Below, piece by piece: positions 27,169 to 36,036 of a stretch of 59,364 bases of DNA. The DNA is taken from the NCBI GenBank assembly GCA_025457965.1, contig JALOTJ010000002.1, positions 1 to 59,364 on the forward strand. Direction: 5' to 3'. Under the pieces are notes generated by a model. It saw nothing but the letters and a program-made list of their open reading frames with translations. It made no database searches and was not told where the DNA came from. Each line of letters begins with the position of its first letter. Positions within the stretch are counted from its first letter, which is position 1. This DNA comes from Spirochaetota bacterium (lineage in GTDB: Bacteria; Spirochaetota; UBA4802; UBA5368). The position numbers were made by a program, and so were the translations under genes.

Positions 27169-29082
27169 ATGGCAAGCAGGTACAGGGGATATACGGGAAG
27201 GCTGTTGCAGGTAGACCTTGGCACACGCCGGGTTTCGGAATACCAGGTTTCGGACGAGGACCGGGAACGTTTTCTTGGCGGGAGATTCCTTTCCACCAAA
27301 ATTCTGTGGGACATGCTCGCGACTGGCATTGACCCGCTGTCCCCGGAAAATGTGCTCGTGGTGATGACCGCCCCGCTTACAGGAACGGGGGCTCCCTGCA
27401 CCAGCCGTTTCGATATCTCGGCGAAAAGCCCGCTTACCGGCGCGATCGGCCACTCAAACAGTGGCGGGAATTTTGGCGTGTACCTTAAGCGTTGCGGCCT
27501 CGACGGGCTTGTGGTGCGCGGACGCGCCACGAGTCCGGTGTACCTTGTGATCGACGAAAGCGGTGTTATGATAAAGGACGCCGCGGAGTTATGGGGCATG
27601 GACACGGAAAAGGCCCAGCACAAGCTTATCGAACGTCACGGCAAGGGAGGCACCATGGCGATCGGACCGGCGGGGGAAAACCTCGTCAAGTACGCGGCGA
27701 TCGTCTCCCAGGAGCGCGTGCACGGCCGAACCGGGATGGGCGCGGTAATGGGCTCGAAGAACCTCAAGGGGATGGTGGCCGTCGGGAACAAAAAGATCGA
27801 GCTTGATCGCCCGGCGGAGTACAGGGAGCTTGTCAAAAAATGGACCAGGATGCTGAAGGAGCACCCGGCCACTGGAGAGGCGGCTCCGCGGTATGGTACC
27901 GCGGGCTTCCTCACGACGCTTTCCATCCGCAACGCACTTCCGACTAAGAACTTCAGTGCGGGGAGTTTTAAGGATGCCGCCATGATCGGCGGCGAGCGCC
28001 TTGCCGACGAGTTTCTGGTGAAGAACACCGGGTGCCTCTCGTGCCCGATCCGCTGTGGTCGTGTGGTGATGGTCGATGGCCACGAGGTGAAGGGTCCCGA
28101 GTACGAGATACTCTGTCTGCTGGGGTCGAACATGCTGATCAATGACATCGAGGCCATCTTCCGCTGGAATTATGAGCTGGACCTGCTCGGCATGGATTCG
28201 ATAAGCTCGGGCACGGTGATGGGCTTCGCCGCCGAGCTGAACGAGCGGGGCCTTTGGAAGAACGGAATCGAGTTCGGGAACAAGGAAAACATTTCCGGGG
28301 TGCTTCGAAGCATAGCATATCGCGAGGGGATCGGCGCCGACCTCGCCGAAGGGGTGCGCTTTCTGGCTGACAAGTATGGCGGCGAGGAGTATGCGCCGCA
28401 CGTAAAGGGCCTCGAACTCGCGGCTTACGAGCCGCGCGCCGCGGTTGGGCACGGGCTCGGCTACGCCACGGCGAGCCGCGGCGCGTGCCACCTGGACGGA
28501 GGGTACCTCATCTATTTCGAGGTCACGGGGCCGGTGACGCTGGACCCGTTCCATTATCGCTCGAAACCGGGCTGGGTGGTGCTCGACCAGAACCTGTTGG
28601 CCGCGATCAGTGCGGGAGGGAACTGCCTGTTTACCTCGTGGACATTTGTTCCGCCGGTCGCCTTCAAGGTGCCCGGCAGCAAGTTTCTTTCGTCGCTCAT
28701 CACCGGTATTCTCACGCATTCGTGGGCGCTTGTCGACGCGCTGCTGCGTTATCCTAAAATCCTGAAATTACATCTTCCGATGCTGCCGCACACGAGGGCG
28801 ATTGAGTATGCGACGGGCATGAAAATGGACTTTGGGACCTATTTCAGAGTGGGGGAGCGCGGTTATGCGCTGGAGAGGCTGTTTAATCTTCGCGAAGGGA
28901 TCGGGGGATCACAGGACAAACTGCCGTGGAGGTTTACCCACGAGCAGCTTTTGCAGGGTAACAAACGCTCGGTGGTTCCAATGGACAAGATGCTGCCGAA
29001 GTATTACCGGTTACGCGGGTGGAACCGATCGGGAGTGCCAACCGGGAAAACGCTCCGCAGGCTCGGTCTGGATGGACTGTGA
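27169..29082 (+). CDS. aor: Aldehyde:ferredoxin oxidoreductase (W/Mo-pterin)
   Basis: AKSPLTG, IGPAGEN, GRTGMGAVMGSKNLK, CLSCPIRC, GMDSIS, RGACH, YYRLRGW; GGGGAG SD before ATG 27169. Confidence 0.95.
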   Translation: MASRYRGYTGRLLQVDLGTRRVSEYQVSDEDRERFLGGRFLSTKILWDMLATGIDPLSPENVLVVMTAPLTGTGAPCTSRFDISAKSPLTGAIGHSNSGGNFGVYLKRCGLDGLVVRGRATSPVYLVIDESGVMIKDAAELWGMDTEKAQHKLIERHGKGGTMAIGPAGENLVKYAAIVSQERVHGRTGMGAVMGSKNLKGMVAVGNKKIELDRPAEYRELVKKWTRMLKEHPATGEAAPRYGTAGFLTTLSIRNALPTKNFSAGSFKDAAMIGGERLADEFLVKNTGCLSCPIRCGRVVMVDGHEVKGPEYEILCLLGSNMLINDIEAIFRWNYELDLLGMDSISSGTVMGFAAELNERGLWKNGIEFGNKENISGVLRSIAYREGIGADLAEGVRFLADKYGGEEYAPHVKGLELAAYEPRAAVGHGLGYATASRGACHLDGGYLIYFEVTGPVTLDPFHYRSKPGWVVLDQNLLAAISAGGNCLFTSWTFVPPVAFKVPGSKFLSSLITGILTHSWALVDALLRYPKILKLHLPMLPHTRAIEYATGMKMDFGTYFRVGERGYALERLFNLREGIGGSQDKLPWRFTHEQLLQGNKRSVVPMDKMLPKYYRLRGWNRSGVPTGKTLRRLGLDGL

Positions 29083-29442
29083 TTATTTAGGGGTCTTTAT
29101 ATCGGCAATGGCGTCGTAATCCGAGCTGAAGGTGTTGACGAAGTCGGAGATTCCGACGATGTCCATGACCTTTTGAAAATGTCCTGTAAGGCCTACGAAG
29201 CTGACCTTGCCGCCGACCTCGTTGATATTCTGGATGATGTTTATCAGCGTTGCGATGCCTGCCGAGTTGATATAGTTGGTCTTCTCGAAATTGACAACAA
29301 GGTACTTGGGGTGGTATTTGTCTTTCAACTTCCCGAAAGCTCGCATAACCTCGACATCGGCTTCGGACGTCATGTCGCCCTCGATAATCAGGATGGGAAC
29401 GTCTTCGGTGTATTCGAAAGTAACCTTGTGTGCCATGCCCAT
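29083..29442 (-). CDS. STAS-domain anti-sigma factor antagonist
   Basis: YINSAGIA phospho-Ser motif; 119 aa. Confidence 0.9.
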   Translation of the reverse strand: MGMAHKVTFEYTEDVPILIIEGDMTSEADVEVMRAFGKLKDKYHPKYLVVNFEKTNYINSAGIATLINIIQNINEVGGKVSFVGLTGHFQKVMDIVGISDFVNTFSSDYDAIADIKTPK

Positions 29443-29556
29443 TGCGATCTCCTGCGAGATAATATTTCCGGGTTCAAGTCCTCAGTATGTGTGGTCGCGT
29501 GAAAACCGCGTAATAATTGGACCATTTTCAGGGGAATGTCAAGTAGTATTCTGTGA

Positions 29557-31782
29557 TCAAACCTTTTGAAGCGGGGTATATTTTTCTAGAAAGGTTTTTT
29601 TGTCACCGTTACCGAAGACGATGGTGATCTTAACATTGTCCCCGCCCCCCTCTATCGCGAGAATCCTTCCCCGACCGTATTTCGGGTGAAGTACGGCATC
29701 CCTGGCCCTGAAACGGGATTCGTTATCGACGGCCGGGTTTTCCGTGTCGGTGCGTGCGCCTGCGCCGGAGGACTGGTTTTCGAAACGCACGCTTTCCCGC
29801 GCCGGGGAGCTGAAACCGCCCTCGCCATACTGTCGCAGGTCGAGGGTTTCTGCCGGTATTTCGGCGATGAAGCGCGAGGGCTCCTTGTAGGAAATGCCGC
29901 TGTAGCTGCGACGCACATCGGCGCTGGTGAGGAATATGCGGTCCATGGCCCGCGTTATGCCCACGTAACAGAGCCGGCGCTCTTCCTCTACACCGGCATC
30001 GGTGTCGCTGGAGTTGAAATGCGGGAAAATACCTTCTTCCATCCCCGTGAGGAAGACGACGGGGAACTCCAGTCCCTTGGCGTTATGCACCGTCATTAAC
30101 GTGATCGAGTTTTTCGGGTCGGCACCGTCGGCGTCGGGCGATTCTTCGGAGGTGAGCAGTGAAATTTCCTGTAAAAACCGGTCGAGCGCGGCGTCGGGAT
30201 TGCGCGCTTCGTACTCGTAGACGCTGTTGACGAATTCCTCGATGTTCTCAAGCCTGGAGCGGCTCTCGATCGAGTTTTCTTCCTCGAGTGCCTCGCGGTA
30301 GCATGTCGCCTCGATCAGGTCGCGGACCATGGCCGATAGCTTCATCGATTCGGGTGCCATGGCCGAGGCGGCCATGCCGCGCTCGATTATTTTCCTGAAG
30401 GAGGCGATGCCCGCAGGGATCTTGCCCTTGAGGGCTATTCCCCTTGCGATGACCTCCCATTCGGAGACGTTTTCTGTGTAGGCGGTGTCGCGAAGACGCT
30501 CGATCGTCGCCGCGCCTATGCCGCGAGCCGGTACGTTGATGATGCGCATAAGTGAAACGCCGTCGGCGGGATTGGCGATGAGCCTGAGGTAGGCCAGTAT
30601 GTCCTTGATCTCCCTGCGGTCATAAAACTTCAGGCCACCGAGTACGCGGTAGGGCATGTTCTCCCTGCGAAGCATCTCCTCGAACACGCGCGACTGGGCG
30701 TTGGTGCGGTAGAACACCGCGAAGTCGCGGTTGCGGAGCGCCTCCTGTTTTTTCAGAGACATTATGGCGCTCACGACGTACTCGGCTTCGCCGTACTCGT
30801 TATTGGCCCGGCACCAGGTGACCGGCTCGCCGTCGCCTCGAACGGCGCGCAGGCGTTTTTCCTTGCGGTTGACGTTGTTGCGGATGACGCGCCATGCCGC
30901 GTCGAGTATCGGGACGGTGGACCGGTAGTTCTCCTCGAGCTTTACGACCTTCGTCTCGTCGAAATCGCGCTCGAATTCGAGAATGTTGCGGATATCGGCG
31001 CCGCGCCAGGAGTAGATGGACTGGTCGTCATCGCCGACGACGCAGAGGTTCCGCGTTGAGGACGAAAGGTATTTACAGATAAGGTATTGCGCGTGGTTGG
31101 TGTCCTGGTACTCGTCGATCATGAAGTAGCGCCAGCGCCGCTGAAGCTCGGCGAGTGCTTCGGGGCTCCTGCGCACCAGCACGACGGTTTTTATAAGGAG
31201 GTCGTTGAAATCGAGCGCTCCCGAGCGGGAGAGGCGTTCCTGGTATTCCCGGTACAGGTCGGGGAAGCTGAGGCCAGGATATTTCGGCATGAGATGCGAG
31301 AGGTCGGCGCCGTCGATCATCTCGGCACGGTCCTTGATCTCGGAGATTTTCGAGGCGAGCGCGGACGGCTTCAGTTTTTTAGGATCCAGCCTCATCTCGA
31401 GGAGTATGTCCTTGATGAGCGTCTCCTGGTCCTTCGCGTCGTAGATGGTGAATGCGCGCGGCACGCCGATACGGTCGCCGTAGCGGCGCAGGATGAACAC
31501 CGCGGCCGAATGGAAGGTCCGTACGAACACGTTCTCACCGATGGGCCCGATGAGATCGATGACGCGGCGCTTCATCTCTTCGGCCGCCTTGTTGGTGAAG
31601 GTTACGGCAAATATCTCGAACGGCGGAACGCGTTTTGCCCGGATGAGATGGGCGATGCGGTACGTGATCACGCGCGTCTTGCCAGAACCCGCCCCGGCCA
31701 GGATCAGGAGCGGGCCCTCGGTATGAGCGACCGCTTCGCGCTGGCTTGGGTTGAGGTCGTCGAGTGGGTCGCGTTGTGTCAT
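29557..31782 (-). CDS. pcrA: UvrD/PcrA DNA helicase
   Basis: AGAGSGKT, TFTNKAA, DEYQDTN, VGDDDQSIY, TVHNAKGLEF, EERRLCYVGITRA, C-terminal Tudor-like domain. Confidence 0.96.
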   Translation of the reverse strand: MTQRDPLDDLNPSQREAVAHTEGPLLILAGAGSGKTRVITYRIAHLIRAKRVPPFEIFAVTFTNKAAEEMKRRVIDLIGPIGENVFVRTFHSAAVFILRRYGDRIGVPRAFTIYDAKDQETLIKDILLEMRLDPKKLKPSALASKISEIKDRAEMIDGADLSHLMPKYPGLSFPDLYREYQERLSRSGALDFNDLLIKTVVLVRRSPEALAELQRRWRYFMIDEYQDTNHAQYLICKYLSSSTRNLCVVGDDDQSIYSWRGADIRNILEFERDFDETKVVKLEENYRSTVPILDAAWRVIRNNVNRKEKRLRAVRGDGEPVTWCRANNEYGEAEYVVSAIMSLKKQEALRNRDFAVFYRTNAQSRVFEEMLRRENMPYRVLGGLKFYDRREIKDILAYLRLIANPADGVSLMRIINVPARGIGAATIERLRDTAYTENVSEWEVIARGIALKGKIPAGIASFRKIIERGMAASAMAPESMKLSAMVRDLIEATCYREALEEENSIESRSRLENIEEFVNSVYEYEARNPDAALDRFLQEISLLTSEESPDADGADPKNSITLMTVHNAKGLEFPVVFLTGMEEGIFPHFNSSDTDAGVEEERRLCYVGITRAMDRIFLTSADVRRSYSGISYKEPSRFIAEIPAETLDLRQYGEGGFSSPARESVRFENQSSGAGARTDTENPAVDNESRFRARDAVLHPKYGRGRILAIEGGGDNVKITIVFGNGDKKTFLEKYTPLQKV

Positions 31783-31913
31783 TATCGTTTCCGGTTTAGA
31801 ATTGGTTGAGTACTATCCGCCACGAGGTCGCGTACGGGCAAGCAATTTTTAATGAAGCGGGTTATTGAAGCGGTCGATTTCGTGCAAAGGTACAGAGGGG
31901 CACCCCGGGATTG

Positions 31914-32651
31914 TTATTCGGGAATCTCGATGTGGTCTCCCGGTTTAACATAGCGTATCCTCCCAGGCCCGGTCTTTTTGTGCTGCTTGAGGTGCGTACC
32001 GTAAAAGACGACATCATCGCCGCATCGCGGGAGGGCCATCTCTATCAAATCGGCCTCCGAAAGATGCACCTTGTGCGTATCGCCGGGCTCGCCGTTCAGG
32101 TCGATAAGGATGGTTCTGCCGCCGTTCTGAATAAACGGAAGCAGATTCTCGTTCCACAGCGTGTCGGGCATGTAGGTGAAAAGCGGCGCCTGGGATCTTC
32201 TCAGGGTGAAGCCGAGCGTCTCGACGGGGTGATCCATCGGGATCGTCTTGATCGAAAGCCCGTCTCCCAGGTCGATCTCGCTGTCCGGACCGGTCTCGAT
32301 GAATTCCATCACACCTCCGAGCCATTCGCGCAGGGGGTGATCGTTGCCGAAGGCGAGCGCGCACAGATCAAGCATCCTCGACTCGAGTCCGAGCGGGCCG
32401 AATGTTTTTATCACGCCCGGCGCGCCGTTATAAAAAAGGCGCAGGGCGAGAAAGGGGAATCCGAAGCAGTGGTCGGCATGGAAATGGGAGATGAATATAT
32501 TTCGTATGCCGTCCAGTTTTATTCGCTCCCTGAAGAGGCTCGACATTATATCGGGCGGTACTTCGCCGAGCAGTCGGTCGTCGACCAGGAACGCGTTGTA
32601 GGGGAGGCCGTCGCTGATGCCGCCGCCGTTACCGAGAATCGTAAGCCGCAT
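31914..32651 (-). CDS. Metallo-beta-lactamase-fold hydrolase (RNase Z-like)
   Basis: MRLTILG.GG, SHFHADH, later H and D ligands; AAGGAG SD before ATG 32651. Confidence 0.85.
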   Translation of the reverse strand: MRLTILGNGGGISDGLPYNAFLVDDRLLGEVPPDIMSSLFRERIKLDGIRNIFISHFHADHCFGFPFLALRLFYNGAPGVIKTFGPLGLESRMLDLCALAFGNDHPLREWLGGVMEFIETGPDSEIDLGDGLSIKTIPMDHPVETLGFTLRRSQAPLFTYMPDTLWNENLLPFIQNGGRTILIDLNGEPGDTHKVHLSEADLIEMALPRCGDDVVFYGTHLKQHKKTGPGRIRYVKPGDHIEIPE

Positions 32652-32954
32652 GATTTTCTCCTTGTGCCGTCCCCACTTTCGCGGTGCATATGAGTCCGGC
32701 GGAACGGGTGCCGTTGCGAAATAACCAGACCGGGTAACCGGGTTTGAGCTGGCCGCCGAGGCAATTTCCGGCCCCTGCATGGGGCGAAGTCAAGCCGGCA
32801 TGCCTGGAAACACCAATATACCTACTATACCATCGTGAAATGAATTACAGGTGTTTTTTTCTTGACTTTTAGAATCTGGAAATTAATTTGATATTCATTC
32901 CGAATATTATGAAGTTCAATACATCAGGCGATTCATTTTATGGGTAAATAACCG

Positions 32955-33341
32955 ATGGAGACGCGATATAAAAAAAGCAGGCAGCGAGAGAAGATACTCG
33001 AGTTGCTGCGGGATACCGAGACGCATCCGTCGGCTGACTGGATATACGAACGGCTCAAAAAGAATTTTAAAAACCTGAGCATGGGTACCGTTTATCGCAA
33101 CCTTGGTATTCTGATCGACCAGGGGTTTGTAAGGAAAATCGATTTCGGGAGCACCTTCGATCGATTCGACGCGAATGTGACGAAACACTACCACTTTATC
33201 TGTGAGAGATGCGGCGCGATTTCGGACCTCGAGATGCCCTTCGATGATATGTTGAACCGGAAGGCTGCCATGGCGGGACGCTTCGAGGTGCGCCACCACC
33301 GGATTGAATTTTTCGGCGTATGTGAAAAATGCGGTAAGTAA
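32955..33341 (+). CDS. perR: Fur-family regulator, PerR-like
   Basis: HPSADWIY, TVYRNL, RFDAN...HYHFICERC, CEKC; upstream of a peroxiredoxin remnant and bfr. Confidence 0.85.
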   Translation: METRYKKSRQREKILELLRDTETHPSADWIYERLKKNFKNLSMGTVYRNLGILIDQGFVRKIDFGSTFDRFDANVTKHYHFICERCGAISDLEMPFDDMLNRKAAMAGRFEVRHHRIEFFGVCEKCGK

Positions 33342-33378
33342 TTTTTTTTATAGCTAAAAGTAAATAATTTCGGGTTTT

Positions 33379-33680
33379 GCGGTCGATGGGCTCTACAGCC
33401 ATATTGCCTGGCCCGGGACCATCAAGGAAAAGATCGAGCACAGTGGGATGAAAAACGTCGCGGTGACACTTCCCCTCATCGCGCTTCAGACGGCGGACGC
33501 GTTTTGGGTGGCCATGCCCGCCGCTTGGCGGCCCCGCGACGAGGCTATCGTTCCTAGGGCCGGATCATGCGGTCGGTGTTGCTAACGACCTCATAGGAAG
33601 AAATGACCTGTCACGACTGGTTTTTTGGGACGAAGAAGCTGGACAAGGATACGGTGATGACGGCCATACAGAAAAAATAA
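33379..33680 (+). pseudogene. Peroxiredoxin (Prx6/TPx type) remnant
   Basis: Fragments VDGLYSHIAW.GTIKEKIE.SGMKNV.VT.PLI, LQTADAF.VA.PA.WRP.DE.IVP.AGSCG, MTCHDWFFGTKKLDK; N-terminus and middle deleted, frameshifted. Confidence 0.85.
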
Positions 33681-33684
33681 TTGC

Positions 33685-33713
33685 TTCACATGCGCCGCAA
33701 TCCGGGGTATGCT
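33685..33713 (+). promoter_or_regulatory. Possible sigma70 promoter for bfr
   Basis: TTCACA-17 nt-TATGCT. Confidence 0.45.
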
Positions 33714-33891
33714 GTTTCAGCCTGTAGATGGATTCGGTGCCGGGGGTAACGGCCGCAGCGAGGGAAATTAAAACGTACCGGGCGTGTGATAGAATTGCCG
33801 CCGGAGACCTGTCAGGCCGGCATCCTTTACATGCGATCGGGGGGCAGGCGTTCGATTTTACCACTACTAATAAAGATAATGGAGGTAATAA

Positions 33892-34428
33892 ATGGCGCAG
33901 ATTTCACGTGAGGAACGGAAAAAAAAGGTGGTCGACGTGTTGAATCAGGCCCGGGCGATGGAGCTCCAGGCGATATACCAGTACATGAACCAGCACTACA
34001 ATCTCGACAGTATGGACTACGGCGATCTGGCGAAGAACATCAAGCTGATCGCAATCGACGAGATGCGTCACGCCGAAGCGTTCGCCGAAAGGATCAAGGA
34101 ACTCGGTGGGGAGCCCACTAGTGAGATGTCGGGTAAGGTCGAGAAGGGCCAGCCGGTAGAGAAGATATACCCGTCCGACTCGAAGGCCGAGGAGGATGCC
34201 ATAGAGGCCTACAACAGGTTTTTAGGCGTATGCACGGAGAATGGCGACAGCATTACGGCCAAGCTTTTCGAAACGATCATCGACGAGGAGCAGAAGCACC
34301 TCAATTACTTCGACAACGTCAATGACCACCTCGAACGGCTGGGTTCCGCCTACCTCGCCAAGATAGCCGGCACCTCCGCCTCGACGGGACCAGCCACAAA
34401 AGGGTTCGTTATCGGCACCGGGGAGTAG
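33892..34428 (+). CDS. bfr: Bacterioferritin (Desulfovibrio-type)
   Basis: ARAMEL.AI.QYMNQHY, IAIDEMRHAE (heme Met), EEQ.H; GGAGGT SD. Confidence 0.93.
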   Translation: MAQISREERKKKVVDVLNQARAMELQAIYQYMNQHYNLDSMDYGDLAKNIKLIAIDEMRHAEAFAERIKELGGEPTSEMSGKVEKGQPVEKIYPSDSKAEEDAIEAYNRFLGVCTENGDSITAKLFETIIDEEQKHLNYFDNVNDHLERLGSAYLAKIAGTSASTGPATKGFVIGTGE

Positions 34429-34786
34429 GCAGCCCCGCTCGTCCTTCAGCTTCCAGCGGGCGCATGAATAAATCTGCGTCCGCCGCCCCGTTTCATTGAA
34501 GAAATAAGCGGCCTTAATTTTTCCGTCCACTTCCAATTAATATCAGCCGGGGTTTTTTGAAACACGGATCGAAAGCGCTTCGACGCGTGCGGTCAAACAA
34601 TGCTTGACAAACGTGGCCTGCCGTGCGAGGCCATACCGGTTTTGTATTACAATAGTACACGGGTTATGTGCATCTGATGTTTCGACGATGTGCGTCATCC
34701 CTCCTTCGCGGGCTCCGGGGCGGACACTGCCCGGACCGGTTTTCGCCGCTGATCGATTATGTTAATTTTAATTCATGGAGACGCAT

Positions 34787-36025
34787 ATGAGCGAATCGAA
34801 TGCCGTGCCGTACGCTTTCCCCCGGGTGATCCCGCTTATCGGAGGGGTGCTCGGAAGCACCACCTGCGGGGCGCTGTTGTACGCGTGGAGCGTGTTCATC
34901 CGCCCCCTCAACGCCGAGTTCGGATGGAGCAGGGCCGACATCGCCCTTGCGTTCGCGATCGCCTGCCTGATATTCGGGCTTATGACCTTCCCGGCCGGAA
35001 AGCTGTCTGACAGGTTCGGTCCGCGGATAGTGGTGCTTGTCGGCGCGGTAATCCTCGGAATCGGGTTTACCATCTCGGGCTTCATCACTGAAAAATGGCA
35101 TCTGTACCTCACCTACGGGGTGATCGCCGGTTTCGGCGGCGGCCTGATTTATCTACCGCCGATAGCGACGGCGCCGAAGTGGTGGCCCGACCGGCGTGCG
35201 CTGGCGACGGGCTTCTCGGTGGTGGGACTCGGACTCGGCTCCTTCATCATGGCGCCGCTTGCGACCTATATCATCCAGAATGTCGGATGGCGTTACGTCT
35301 TCATCTACGCGGGTGTCGTTATGTTCATAATGGCGGCCATAGCGTCGCTCTGCCTGAAAAATCCCCCGGCGGGATGGAGGCCGGCCGGCTGGGCTCCCGT
35401 CGAGAAGGCCGGAAAGGGCTCCGCCGCTGAATACCGCGATTTCACCCACAGAGAAACGTACCACACGCCCCAGTTCTGGTTGATGTACCTGGCGTATTTC
35501 GGCGGTTCATTCGCGGGCCTTATGGTTATCGGGCACATCGCCGGTCACGGGATCGACAGCGGTCTGGCGCCGATGACCGCCGCCGGCGCCGCGAGCTGGC
35601 TTGCGGTTATGAACGCGGCTTCCCGCGTGCTGATAGGGCAGGTGGCCGATAAAATAGGAACGAGGATCAGCTTTATCATCGTTTTCGCCCTGCAGGCGGT
35701 CGCGATGCTGCTGCTCTTTCCTTCGGGAGGAATGTACTGGGCGCTGTGGGCGGTGGCGGCGCTTATCGGCTGGAATTACGGCTCGATGTTTACGCTGTTT
35801 CCGGCCACCTGTCTGCAGTATTTCGGGCCGACGGCGCAGGGCTCCAATTACGGGCTTCTGTTTACGGCCTGGGGTTTCGCGGGATTCGCCGGTCCCTGGG
35901 TGGGGGGCTGGTTGAAGGACGCCAGCGGAACGTATCTGGCGCCATTCGCGATCGCCGGCGGCATGGTGGCCATGGCCGTTGTGATCCTGGCGCTGATGCG
36001 GCCGCCTGAAAGAAAAAACAGTTGA
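34787..36025 (+). CDS. OFA/SLC16-like MFS monocarboxylate (L-lactate) transporter, SfMCT-like
   Basis: [50 protein letters not shown]; 12-TM pattern. Confidence 0.9.
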   Translation: MSESNAVPYAFPRVIPLIGGVLGSTTCGALLYAWSVFIRPLNAEFGWSRADIALAFAIACLIFGLMTFPAGKLSDRFGPRIVVLVGAVILGIGFTISGFITEKWHLYLTYGVIAGFGGGLIYLPPIATAPKWWPDRRALATGFSVVGLGLGSFIMAPLATYIIQNVGWRYVFIYAGVVMFIMAAIASLCLKNPPAGWRPAGWAPVEKAGKGSAAEYRDFTHRETYHTPQFWLMYLAYFGGSFAGLMVIGHIAGHGIDSGLAPMTAAGAASWLAVMNAASRVLIGQVADKIGTRISFIIVFALQAVAMLLLFPSGGMYWALWAVAALIGWNYGSMFTLFPATCLQYFGPTAQGSNYGLLFTAWGFAGFAGPWVGGWLKDASGTYLAPFAIAGGMVAMAVVILALMRPPERKNS

Positions 36026-36036
36026 GGACGAGGGGC

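Noticed and set aside
33730-33820. Cobalamin-riboswitch-like words (GGTGC, AGGGAA, GCCGGAGACCTGTC) upstream of bfr
   Set aside because: The T-loop and GCCACTG core are missing and spacing is too short; an Rfam cmsearch would settle it
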